IMG/VR virus record: IMGVR_UViG_3300036832_001138
Location: 1-64,000 of that record
Length of the DNA: 64,000 nt
Reading direction: 5' to 3' (one strand)
DNA from: a virus
Each line of letters starts with the position of its first letter. Position 1 is the stretch's first letter. Made by a program: the position numbers and the translations under genes. This document shows positions 48,289 through 57,567 of the stretch, one piece after another. Under the pieces are notes generated by a model, which was not told the DNA's origin, did not search any database, and saw only the letters and a program-made list of their open reading frames with translations.

Positions 48289-49935
48289 GTGGCGTTCCTT
48301 CCGGGCTTGTCGGGATGCGGCGGTGCTATGGCATTCGAGGGCGAAGCGCCCAATGGCGCGGAAATGTTTCTTACCGAGCGCGTGGCGCTGCATCACGGCG
48401 ATTGCCGGGCCGTGCTCGCGACCCTGCCGGAAAATTCCCTCGATAGCTGCGTCACCGATCCGCCCTATCACCTGATCAGCATCGTCAAGCGCTTCGGTGA
48501 TGAAAACGCCAAGCCTGCGAGGCCGTTTGCTCGATCAAATCTTGTACGTGATCCCGATACATTGCAGCCGATTATTGGTAAGCAGAGCACGAGTCAATAT
48601 GGCCGCCTCTCGACCGGCTTCATGGGCAAAGTTTGGGACGGCGGCAATGTTGCGGCTGATCCCGAGACATGGCGCGCGGTGTATCGCGTGCTCAAACCGG
48701 GCGCGCATCTTCTCGCGATGGGCGGCACCCGCACTTATCACCGCATGGCGTGCGCAATCGAGGATGCGGGGTTTGAGATCAGAGATTGCGTGCAATGGCT
48801 GTACGGCTCTGGATTTCCGAAATCGCAAAACGTAGCAATTGCTATTGATAAACAAGCTGGAGCATCTGAGCACAGATCAAAAAGGTTCAATACAGCGGGT
48901 GGCGGCCTGCCACCAATCGAAAAACAAGAACTGCGATCAGACAACTCTGAATATCAGCCGTACTCACCTAAAATTGACGCCGCGCGCGAATGGGAAGGAT
49001 GGGGCACCGCGCTCAAGCCCGCCTGCGAGTTGATCGTGCTCGCGCGCAAGCCGCTCTCGGAAAAGACCGTCGCCGCCAATGTGCTCAAGTGGGGAACGGG
49101 GGCGATCAATGTGGATGGGTGTCGGGTTCCGACAGACGAGAAATTGAATTCGCGCGATGGATACAAGACTGACGGCTTACATGATGGCTACAAGCGCCCT
49201 TGGATGACTGATGAAAAACATGACGCTAGATCGCGAATTGCTATTGAAAAAGCAGAATGTCTTGGACGCTGGCCCGCTAATTTAATCCACGACGGAAGTG
49301 ATGAAGTCGTCGCGGCGTTTCCTGACGGCCGTTCTGCTGGCGACTATCCAAGTGAAAGTCGGGGAACCGGAAACGGCACAACTTATCTGCCCGTAAAACC
49401 GCAGGGCCAACTCTATTCCGATTCCGGTTCTGCCGCCCGTTTCTTCTACACCGCGAAGGCCGACAGCGACGATCGGCTCGGCTCAAAGCACCCCACGATC
49501 AAGCCGCTCGACCTGATTCAATATCTTGTTCGGCTGATCTCACCGCGCGGCGGCACAGTGCTCGATCCGTTTGCCGGGAGCGGCACAACCGGCGAGGCGG
49601 CATGGCGCGAGGGCATGCGCGCGGTGCTGATCGAGCGCGAGGATGAATACTGCGCCGATATTCGCCGCCGCATGGCGCTCGTGCTCGCCGGTCCGGAGGA
49701 ACGCACGCGCGAATCCATCAAAGCCCGCGGGCAGGTCGAACAGAATGCGGGGCCGCTCTTTGATTGGAAACCCCGCTCGCAAGGCTCGCCCATTGCGCGG
49801 GTGCTTCAATCATGTCCGCTTTATCCGGGTTGCGGTTGCGGCACGCAATCGGGCCCGCATACATGCGAATGGCGCGCGCAGGACCGCGATCGAGAGCTTT
49901 ATCGCGGCCGCACCAAATCCGGAGACATGATGTGA
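48289..49935 (+). CDS. DNA amino-methyltransferase (N6A/N4C, beta class)
   Basis: DPPY motif, then 'HPTIKPLDL...VLDPFAGSGTT'; the true start may be 48328 or 48364. Confidence 0.9.
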   Translation: MAFLPGLSGCGGAMAFEGEAPNGAEMFLTERVALHHGDCRAVLATLPENSLDSCVTDPPYHLISIVKRFGDENAKPARPFARSNLVRDPDTLQPIIGKQSTSQYGRLSTGFMGKVWDGGNVAADPETWRAVYRVLKPGAHLLAMGGTRTYHRMACAIEDAGFEIRDCVQWLYGSGFPKSQNVAIAIDKQAGASEHRSKRFNTAGGGLPPIEKQELRSDNSEYQPYSPKIDAAREWEGWGTALKPACELIVLARKPLSEKTVAANVLKWGTGAINVDGCRVPTDEKLNSRDGYKTDGLHDGYKRPWMTDEKHDARSRIAIEKAECLGRWPANLIHDGSDEVVAAFPDGRSAGDYPSESRGTGNGTTYLPVKPQGQLYSDSGSAARFFYTAKADSDDRLGSKHPTIKPLDLIQYLVRLISPRGGTVLDPFAGSGTTGEAAWREGMRAVLIEREDEYCADIRRRMALVLAGPEERTRESIKARGQVEQNAGPLFDWKPRSQGSPIARVLQSCPLYPGCGCGTQSGPHTCEWRAQDRDRELYRGRTKSGDMM

Positions 49936-50495
49936 AAAAGATCGCCGATCACCTCATTCTCGGTTTGGATATCGCGACCGTTACCGGTTACGCGATTGGC
50001 GCGCCGGGCACGGTGCCGCGCTGCGGATATATCAGGTTCGGCGAGGCGACGGCTTCGGCGAATTCGATCTTTGGCGCGGCGCTCTCGTGGTTCTCTGATT
50101 TTCTCAAAGAGGAACCGCGGCCGACCATGATCATGCTCGAATCCATGCTGCCCATGGCAGCGATGAAAGGCGAAACCCATCGGCAGACGCGCGATCGCCT
50201 CGCGGGGCTGCACGGCGTGTTGCGCGCCGTCGCCTTCTGCCGCGGGATTCACGATATCGGCGAGATCGGCGTGATCGCCGTGCGCCAGCATTTTTGCGGC
50301 GCAGCCAACGCGGGCAAGCACGGCGTTTATGAGCGCTGCCGCATGCTCGGCTGGCCGGTCAATGATCTCAACGCATCCGACGCCGCGGCGATTTGGAGCT
50401 ATGCGTGCGGCATCGTGCGGCCGGACACCGCGATCAGCGTCACGCCGCTCTTTCATGGGCGACCGTACAGGGTGACCGCAGGAGCGGGATCGTGA
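49932..50495 (+). CDS. RuvC-like Holliday junction resolvase
   Basis: 'ILGLDIATVTG...IMLE...K...NASDAAAI' acidic catalytic pattern. Confidence 0.75.
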   Translation: MKKIADHLILGLDIATVTGYAIGAPGTVPRCGYIRFGEATASANSIFGAALSWFSDFLKEEPRPTMIMLESMLPMAAMKGETHRQTRDRLAGLHGVLRAVAFCRGIHDIGEIGVIAVRQHFCGAANAGKHGVYERCRMLGWPVNDLNASDAAAIWSYACGIVRPDTAISVTPLFHGRPYRVTAGAGS

Positions 50496-50703
50496 GCGAA
50501 CCTGCGCCCCGCCCATGGGATTGGATTTTCGTCGCGACTGGCAGCGGGAGCGACTTTGGGCACGTCTACATCGTCGACGCCAACAACCGAAAGATCGCCG
50601 CGGTGTGGGGCAAGGCGGGCGAGAAGCAAAAGACTGCGGACTTGATCATTGAAGCGGTGAACTCTGCCGATCAGATCATTCAATCCGCAAGCAAGGAACA
50701 GCC

Positions 50704-52848
50704 GTGATGCTGGAGATCGAGCCCATAGCTCGCGCATTGCTCGGCGAGCCCAACGCGAAGCTATCTTCGCAATTCGAATGGCGATATGGCAACCGCGGCT
50801 CGCTTTCAATCGATCTGCGCAAGAATGTTTGGCACGACCACGAAACCGACGAGAGCGGCGGATGCCTCGATCTGATCACTCACAAGACCGGACTCGACGG
50901 CCCGGAGCGTGCGCAATGGATGCACGATCGCGGCATCGGCAATGGATACGATCAAACGACCAAGCGCCCGGAGATCGTGGCGACGTTTCCCTATAATGAC
51001 GAATACGGCAAGGAGCTTTTTCAGGTTGTCAAATTCGAGCCGAAGGATTTCCGCCAGCGGCGGCAAGACAAGACCGCGCCCGGCGGCTATCGCTGGTCGG
51101 TCAAGGGCGTGCGGCGAATTCCCTATCGCCTCGACGATTTGTCAGAAAAAATCGAAGGGCGCATTTTCATCGCCGAAGGCGAAAAAGACGTTGATACGCT
51201 TTGGCGGCACAACATTCCAGCGACGTGCAATGCCGGGGGCGCAGGCAAGTGGCATCCCGAACTCACCGAATTTTTCCGCAACAAGACCGACAACGTAGTT
51301 GTACTGCCCGATCGTGATCCGCCGAAGAAAGACCCAAAGACCGGCGCGGAAATGAAGCACGAGGATGGGCGGTTCATTCGGCCGGGGCAAGACCACGCAC
51401 AAGAGATCGCGGCAGAGATGCATCGCATTGGCGTACCCGTGCGCGTGGTCGAGCTTTGGCGCGATTGGCCGGAGATGCCCGAGAAGGGTGACGTAACCGA
51501 TTGGTTCGATCATGGCGGCACGGCCGACCGGCTACAGAAAATTGTTCAAGACGCCCCATTTTGGAAACCGGGCGATCAAGCTGACGACGGCGCGCTGCTC
51601 AAGCTCCAATCCGTGTTTCCGATCAACGAGCGCGCACTCCCAACGCGCAATTGGATCATGCCAGGACTTTTAATGCGGCGTCAGGTAACCGTGTTGGTAG
51701 CACCAAGTGGTGTGGGCAAAAGTTTGCTCACGCTGCAATTAGGTATCGCCTGTGCACAAGGCCGAAAATGGAGCGGTTGGACTCCGCGCCGTACATTCAA
51801 CGTGCTGTTTATCAACTCGGAAGATGACTATTTCGAAATCTGCCGCAGGCTCGCCGCGGCCACGCAAAGGATGCGACTCGGCGCACATAACGAATTCGAA
51901 ATTGATCAGCTAGGAATCGCCGATCGCTTCCATATCGCCGATGCCGAGCAGAGCGGTACTGTTGTTGCCAAGTTTGACGCACGAACCAAAACGCTCGTGA
52001 GCACACCGTTGCACGATCAACTGATCGAAACAATAAAAGCCAACCAAATCGATGTGGTCTTCGTCGATCCGTTTGCCGAGACTTTCGAGGGCGACGAAAA
52101 TTCCAATAGCGAATTGAAGTGGGCGGGCGCGTTATGGCGCAAGGTTGCGCGGCAAACCGATGCTGCGGTTTGTCTCGTGCATCATACAAAAAAATATGCA
52201 AGCGGGCTGCAAGGTGACGTTGATGCGGCGCGCGGTGCTGGTGCGCTGATCGGAATCGCGCGCATTGTCTCGACGCTATTTCCGATGACGCCGAAGGAAG
52301 CGGAAGCGATGGGCGTCAAGCTCGGAGATAGGTCGCTCTATTTGCGATACGATGATGCGAAAGCAAATCTGAATTTGGTTTCTCCGTTTGCGCGCTGGTT
52401 TCAAAAGACCACGATCACGCTCGACAATGCATGCGGCGATCCTAACAGCGACGACTTTGTGCCCGGCGACGAAGTGGGCGTGCTCAATCCATGGAAGCCT
52501 GAAACGAAAGACGTGCACGAAGCTCAGATCATCGGATTTTTCAAGGCGATCGATCGCGGCATGGTCGACGATGCTGATCAACCGACCGGCGAATTCTGGA
52601 CCTTCAAAAAGGGCAAGAGCGGCGCGAGATACGTCGGCTACCTCGCGCAAAGCTTTTTCAAATGCGATGCGCTCTCGCAAGCCGAAGCGCTGATCCGCAA
52701 GTGGGAAGGCACAAGATTGAAAACGATTCAATTCAAGGCGCGGAACGGTCACCTTCGTGATCGCGTCGTGAGCGAGCTTTCCCCCGACTTCCCGCGCCCC
52801 GAGGCCGCGCCGATCGAGCCGATGGCACAGCTTTTTCCTGCCGAATAG
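50704..52848 (+). CDS. Primase-helicase (TOPRIM + AAA_25/RepA-like helicase)
   Basis: TOPRIM 'IFIAEGEKD...LPDRD', 'KGDVTDW'; Walker A APSGVGKS; 'VFVDP', 'LVHHTKK', 'ARGAGAL'. Confidence 0.9.
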   Translation: MMLEIEPIARALLGEPNAKLSSQFEWRYGNRGSLSIDLRKNVWHDHETDESGGCLDLITHKTGLDGPERAQWMHDRGIGNGYDQTTKRPEIVATFPYNDEYGKELFQVVKFEPKDFRQRRQDKTAPGGYRWSVKGVRRIPYRLDDLSEKIEGRIFIAEGEKDVDTLWRHNIPATCNAGGAGKWHPELTEFFRNKTDNVVVLPDRDPPKKDPKTGAEMKHEDGRFIRPGQDHAQEIAAEMHRIGVPVRVVELWRDWPEMPEKGDVTDWFDHGGTADRLQKIVQDAPFWKPGDQADDGALLKLQSVFPINERALPTRNWIMPGLLMRRQVTVLVAPSGVGKSLLTLQLGIACAQGRKWSGWTPRRTFNVLFINSEDDYFEICRRLAAATQRMRLGAHNEFEIDQLGIADRFHIADAEQSGTVVAKFDARTKTLVSTPLHDQLIETIKANQIDVVFVDPFAETFEGDENSNSELKWAGALWRKVARQTDAAVCLVHHTKKYASGLQGDVDAARGAGALIGIARIVSTLFPMTPKEAEAMGVKLGDRSLYLRYDDAKANLNLVSPFARWFQKTTITLDNACGDPNSDDFVPGDEVGVLNPWKPETKDVHEAQIIGFFKAIDRGMVDDADQPTGEFWTFKKGKSGARYVGYLAQSFFKCDALSQAEALIRKWEGTRLKTIQFKARNGHLRDRVVSELSPDFPRPEAAPIEPMAQLFPAE

Positions 52849-53647
52849 GTTCGTCAACGGCGACGCGACGCCATTCGCTCAGCAAATCTTTGAGAAATTG
52901 TTTCATCGTGATGCGCAGCGCATCTTTGCGCCGATGGCCGTCGGTCCAATCCGGGTGCGCTTTCTTGGTGTAGGCGCGGCGCTTAGCATAGATTTCGCCA
53001 TAGTGGCCCTTTGGCTTGCCTTCGCCGCCGGTTTTCTTTGCGCCAATCCACTGCGCGTTCACGAGCCACGTCGCGATCTGTGCCATCAGCGCATAGCGCT
53101 CCCCGGAAAAAGGATTTTCGATCCATTCGTCGGCGCTCAGCGCGCGCGGTCGCCACGTCGTGCGTTTCCACGTTGATCCGGCGTGGCCGTCGTATGGTGC
53201 GAAGCCGAGCCGCTTCCATAACTTGCTCGGCTTGGAATAATTCGAGAGATCGCCAGCTTCGGCGACGATGGTCGCGAGCCCGAGCGCGCCTGCGCCGTGA
53301 ATCTTTTCGATCCATGGATAAACCGGTAGCTCGCACGCGGCAGCCTCCATTCGCTTTTCCGTGGCAGCACGCCGTTCATCAGCGGGCGCACGCGCAGGAT
53401 CGCATACCTGCAACACTTCTTCCGCCAGCGGATGCGCTTCGCCCTCGCGAATGCGCTTGATAATTTCGCGCACCTCGCGGTTCGATTTCTCGCGCTCGGC
53501 ATCGCTGGCGTTAGGATTCCATTTGGTGCCATTGATACGAATGAAGCTTTCGAGCGAGCGGTCAAGTTTCTGTTGCACTTTCATTGCGAACCGTCGCTTT
53601 CGATGCAGGCCGCGGATCAATTCGATGGTTTCGGATTGTTGGGTCAT
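52733..53647 (-). CDS. TIGR-associated Nop-domain protein without a nuclease domain (TasA-like)
   Basis: 'IHGAGALGLATIVAEAGDLSNYSKPSKLWKRLGFAP' and 'GHYGEIY..RR...HRRKDALRITMKQFLKDL' resemble the IS110/Nop RNA-binding region; starts at the coiled coil with no DEDD-RuvC or HNH; directly downstream of the array. Confidence 0.8.
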   Translation of the reverse strand: MTQQSETIELIRGLHRKRRFAMKVQQKLDRSLESFIRINGTKWNPNASDAEREKSNREVREIIKRIREGEAHPLAEEVLQVCDPARAPADERRAATEKRMEAAACELPVYPWIEKIHGAGALGLATIVAEAGDLSNYSKPSKLWKRLGFAPYDGHAGSTWKRTTWRPRALSADEWIENPFSGERYALMAQIATWLVNAQWIGAKKTGGEGKPKGHYGEIYAKRRAYTKKAHPDWTDGHRRKDALRITMKQFLKDLLSEWRRVAVDEPIRQEKAVPSARSARPRGAGSRGKARSRRDHEGDRSAP

Positions 53648-53676
53648 TTGTTGTGGTTCCTATTTGTGAGTTAGGT

Positions 53677-54214
53677 GCGAGCCCGGCAACCGGTCAATGG
53701 AGTTCACGATCGCCTTGGCCGGGCTCGCGGCGGTCGCAAGCGGCGTGTGGAGTTCACAGACGTGATGGCGACCGCATTGGTGGATTAGGGTGCGAGCCCG
53801 GCACTCGCGATATGGAGTTCAAGTGCTGGTAGGCCGGGCTCGCGGCGGTCGCAACGCAACGTTGGAGTTCACATGATCTTTGGCGACCGCATTCGAGAAT
53901 AGAGCGCCCGGCATGCCGTTTGTGGAGTTCAATCACGTGCTGGCCGGGCGCGGCGGTCGCACGGAGGCGCTGGAGTTCACGATCTACATGGCGACCGCAT
54001 CGGTGGATTGGGTGCGAGCCCGGCATTGGCCGACAGGAGTTCAACCCTTTCCTGGCCGGGCTCGCTACGGTCGCATTGCGCGCGTGGAGTTCACTCAGAT
54101 CGTGGCGACCGCAAAAGGTGCGCCCGGCAGCGTTGTCATGGAGCACACAAGTGTTTTGGCCGGGCGCGGCGGTCGCAACCGCTCCGTGGAGTTCACTACT
54201 GTTTTGGCGACCGC
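53677..54214 (-). ncRNA. TIGR-like stem-loop guide array, proximal (10 units)
   Basis: Minus strand unit: stem-CCA-N9-TGAACTCCA-N9-TG-stem'; stems alternate between GCGGTCG and GCG(A)GCCCGG; all spacer pairs differ. Confidence 0.9.
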
Positions 54215-54226
54215 ATTTCGTGAATA

Positions 54227-54898
54227 TCATGACCGTGCATCGCCCTCGATTTCTGACGGCTTGCGCGCGGCGGCGATCAGATCGCTTGCGACCTTCGCCG
54301 AGCCGTCGCGGATCACTTCGACGGCTTTGATCCTAGCGTCGTTATAGTATTGCACGGCAATCTTGAGCGGTATCACCTTCTCGACTTCGCCGTGCGGATC
54401 GGCGGCGACGCAATAGTCATTCAACCGCCGGATTGCGATCGCGTCGACTGCATCATCATAACCGCGCTGTAGGAAATCTCCGGCCGTGTTTGCCAGATTT
54501 TCCGCGATGGCGCGCAATTCGTGTACGCGCAGCTTCCCAAGCGGACCATAACCACGGATTTTGCGGTTGAATATCTCGGCGGCGACGGCTTGCCCGGCGG
54601 CGATCGCTCCCGCCTTTTGCGCGTCGGTGGGTGTGCGGAGCAGACTGCTCCGGCGATGCTTGCCCTCGCGGCGGCGCGCGGCGGGCTTCGGGTGCGCGAT
54701 CCGCGGTAGCTTCGTTTCGCTCGACGGCGACGACAAGCGCGACAGGTAATCAGCAACGAGCGCGATAAGCAGCGGCCGCTTCGCATTGTCCATCAACGCG
54801 CGTGCCAGCGTCGGTGCGGCTTTGTTCACACTATTGTTGCTGGCGCGCAGCGCTTCGATCGCGGCGTCGCGGAGCTTATCGAGATCAGAGGCGGCCAT
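54227..54898 (-). CDS. Hypothetical helical protein embedded between the two arrays
   Basis: 223-aa ORF with SD gaagga; it fills the gap between the arrays exactly. Confidence 0.7.
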   Translation of the reverse strand: MAASDLDKLRDAAIEALRASNNSVNKAAPTLARALMDNAKRPLLIALVADYLSRLSSPSSETKLPRIAHPKPAARRREGKHRRSSLLRTPTDAQKAGAIAAGQAVAAEIFNRKIRGYGPLGKLRVHELRAIAENLANTAGDFLQRGYDDAVDAIAIRRLNDYCVAADPHGEVEKVIPLKIAVQYYNDARIKAVEVIRDGSAKVASDLIAAARKPSEIEGDARS

Positions 54899-54929
54899 GT
54901 GTTTGGTGTCCTTCTCGTTTGAAAAAAGT

Positions 54930-56121
54930 GCGAGCCCGGCAAGTGGTGACTGGAGTCCACGTCGGATCAGGCCGGGCTCGCGGCGGTCGCAGAATTGTTT
55001 TGGAGTTCACCAAGGCACTGGCGACCGCATTCGAGATAAGAGCGCCCGGCAGGCTACATTTGGAGTTCATAGGGCCAATGGCCGGGCGCGGCGGTCGCAG
55101 CGCAAGATTGGAGTTCACGTGATCTTTGGCGACCGCATTCGAGGGAAAGAGTGCGCCCGGCAGAGCTTCACAGGAGTTCACGCCGAATTTGGCCGGGCGC
55201 GGCGGTCGCATCTCGTCGTTGGAGTTCAATCGTGTGCTGGCGACCGCATTTCGAATAGGTGCGCCCGGCAGAAGCCGGTTGGAGTTCAGGCCAGCATTGG
55301 CCGGGCGCGGCGGTCGCACGACACCAATGGAGTGCAAGGGAGAACAGGCGACCGCATTCGAGATGGGTGCGCCCGGCAGGTCATCGTTGGAGTTCACGTG
55401 CTTGATGGCCGGGCGCGGCGGTCGCAATCTCTGGATGGAGTTCATACAAATGCTGGCGACCGCATTCGGGTGAAAGAGAGCGCCCGGCATTTCCATTTTG
55501 GAGTTCAACTGATCGCTGGCCGGGCGCGGCGGTCGCATTCCAAACCTGGAGTTCATCAGCTTACTGGCGACCGCAGTCGGTTTGATAGGTGCGCCCGGCA
55601 AGGCGATGTTGGAGTTCATATTGCCGGTGGCCGGGCGCGGCGGTCGCAGATAGGTGCAGGAGTTCACACCCGAATTGGCGACCGCGTTGGTGATAGGTGC
55701 GCCCGGCAATGATTGCTTGGAGTTCATCATGAAGGTGGCCGGGCGCGGCGGTCGCAGCGTGGCGTTGGAGTTCACGGGATCAGTGGCGACCGCGTTCGTT
55801 GTGATAGGTGCGCCCGGCAGACAGCGATCGGAGTGCACGTTCACCAGGGCCGGGCGCGGCGGTCGCAGTGGCAGTATGGAGTTCATTCGGCACCTGGCGA
55901 CCGCATTCGAGAATAGAGCGCCCGGCACGCCTCCCTTGGAGATCAATGCCGAAATGGCCGGGCGCGGCGGTCGCATCCTCGATCTGGAGTGCATCAGTGG
56001 CATGGCGACCGCGTTCGTGAAAAGGTGCGCCCGGCAGACGAGTTCTGGAGTTCACGACTACGATGGCCGGGCGCGGCGGTCGCACCTTGAACTTGGAGTT
56101 CAACCACGTCGTGGCGACCGC
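54930..56121 (-). ncRNA. TIGR-like stem-loop guide array, distal (22 units)
   Basis: Eleven two-hairpin modules (~105-115 bp period); same CCA/TG boxes, 9-nt spacers and 9-nt loop repeat. Confidence 0.92.
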
Positions 56122-56129
56122 ATGCCAAA

Positions 56130-56159
56130 CATATACGGGCCATCGGCCTAACGTGTCAA
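56130..56159 (-). promoter_or_regulatory. Sigma70 promoter driving the array-tas operon, with operator variant
   Basis: TTGACA-N18-TATATG; the predicted start site falls at the first stem; the spacer holds AGGCCGATGGCCC. Confidence 0.8.
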
Positions 56160-56174
56160 TGTGACGAAAATCAC

Positions 56175-56201
56175 AAAAAAAGAGCCGCCCCGAAGGGCGG
56201 C
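56175..56201 (-). terminator. Intrinsic terminator insulating the TIGR promoter
   Basis: gccgccc-ttcg-gggcggc-tcttttttt on the - strand. Confidence 0.8.
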
Positions 56202-56208
56202 CCGAGCT

Positions 56209-56868
56209 TTAGCTTAGATCGAGCGTGCGGCCTGCGATCGTGGGGGCCGCGAGTTGTTTCGCTTCGCCGAGATCGAGCCGTCGCTTCGCCATTCGCGAGG
56301 CTTTGATCGCGTCGCGCTGGCGTAGCGATTTCTCGTAATACTTCTTTCGTAACTTGAGCTTGCGCAGTTTCGTCTTAGCGAGCTTTTCCTTTCGCTCCCA
56401 CGCGGCGATCAACTCAACCGTGCGCGCGTAGCGTGCTTGTTGCCGGTCCGTCGGCGGCTTCGCCTTCGCGCGGGCGAGCTTTCCGTCGAGCCATCCCGAC
56501 TTGACCACGTACTCCGCGAGCCTGCGCTCGATATACGCATGTTGCGGAGCGTGCGGCCCGAGCCGATTGCGGTCATAAAGGCGATTGAATGCCCAATGAC
56601 TTATATCGTGCACGATCCCTTTCCATCCGCTGAAACTCGGATGGCGATAGGCCGGGTTGACGTAGAACACGCCGCCACGAGTCCAAGTGCGCCGGTTGCC
56701 CGACGTTGGTTTGAACTTTCCGCGGAACTTGCGTTTCGGCGAGTTCGCCGGACCGAGCGAGAGGGCGAGTCTGACGAGCTTGCGCGCGCCAGCGATCGCC
56801 TCCTGCGGTGTGGGGGCCCGCGCATCCGCGGGCCATGCGGCATTGACGTTTTGATAGTTCGTTGGCAT
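56209..56868 (-). CDS. Hypothetical protein with a zincin-like HDxxH...H motif
   Basis: 'IVHDISHW...GPHAPQH'; basic coiled-coil C-terminus. Confidence 0.6.
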   Translation of the reverse strand: MPTNYQNVNAAWPADARAPTPQEAIAGARKLVRLALSLGPANSPKRKFRGKFKPTSGNRRTWTRGGVFYVNPAYRHPSFSGWKGIVHDISHWAFNRLYDRNRLGPHAPQHAYIERRLAEYVVKSGWLDGKLARAKAKPPTDRQQARYARTVELIAAWERKEKLAKTKLRKLKLRKKYYEKSLRQRDAIKASRMAKRRLDLGEAKQLAAPTIAGRTLDLS

Positions 56869-57567
56869 GATTATAGTTCCTCTGATTTGGACGCAACGCC
56901 TTCCGCCCGGCCGACACCATCGGTCGGGCGGTTTTGTTGCTGATCTGATTCACCTGTCAAAGAGCCCGGTCGCTTTGCGCGCGCGATCTTCTATTTGTTT
57001 GATTATAGCACAGATCGGAATCGCGTGTTTTGTTAGTTAGCTCGCGTCAATGACTTAGCGGGAATCGGACTTCACTTTCCGGCGGCAATCGCACGAAAAT
57101 ATTTTTTATTCATGCTTTTCGGGTAGTGATCCGAGCGCCGGACCGTTGGACAATTCCAGACAATTGGGGCAGACTCGCGCCGATAACCGGAGCAAGCGAA
57201 AATGAGAAAACCCGACTTCGATCTTGAGGGCGTTCCGCAAGCGTACAGCGTCAAGACTTTTGTCTGCGCCAATCCCGAATGCGGGCGCATCCATGTTGTG
57301 CTCGAAGATGAAAGCCGGAAGCCGATCGCGCATTTTGTCGCGCCGGATGATTTCGGCGTCAAGCTCGTGCGCGAGCAGGAAGTAGCGGCGGAGATGCGTG
57401 ACGATCCGCACGTGCACTAATGTCGAACTGGCGCAGTTTTGTCGAGCGACCCGTGCTTTATCAGCGCATTGAAGTAACGCGCTATCCGACGCGAGACGAG
57501 CCGCTTGATTGCCTCATCTGGAACCCGAATGAGAATTGGAATTTACGCGGTCTATACTGGCGACCGA

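Noticed and set aside
52733-53647. IS110 transposase / insertion sequence
   Set aside because: The N-terminal DEDD RuvC-like domain needed for IS110 recombination is missing, and the gene is tied to a multi-unit guide array.
53677-56121. CRISPR array
   Set aside because: Spacers are only 9 nt and paired, two repeat types alternate within hairpins, and no cas gene is visible; a TIGR-type array fits much better.
54786-56151. Long repetitive ORFs over the arrays (54885-56003 -, 54786-55712 +, 53754-54230 - and others)
   Set aside because: They are by-products of GC-rich repeats. Conservation is at the nucleotide and hairpin level, and linker lengths vary without keeping frame.
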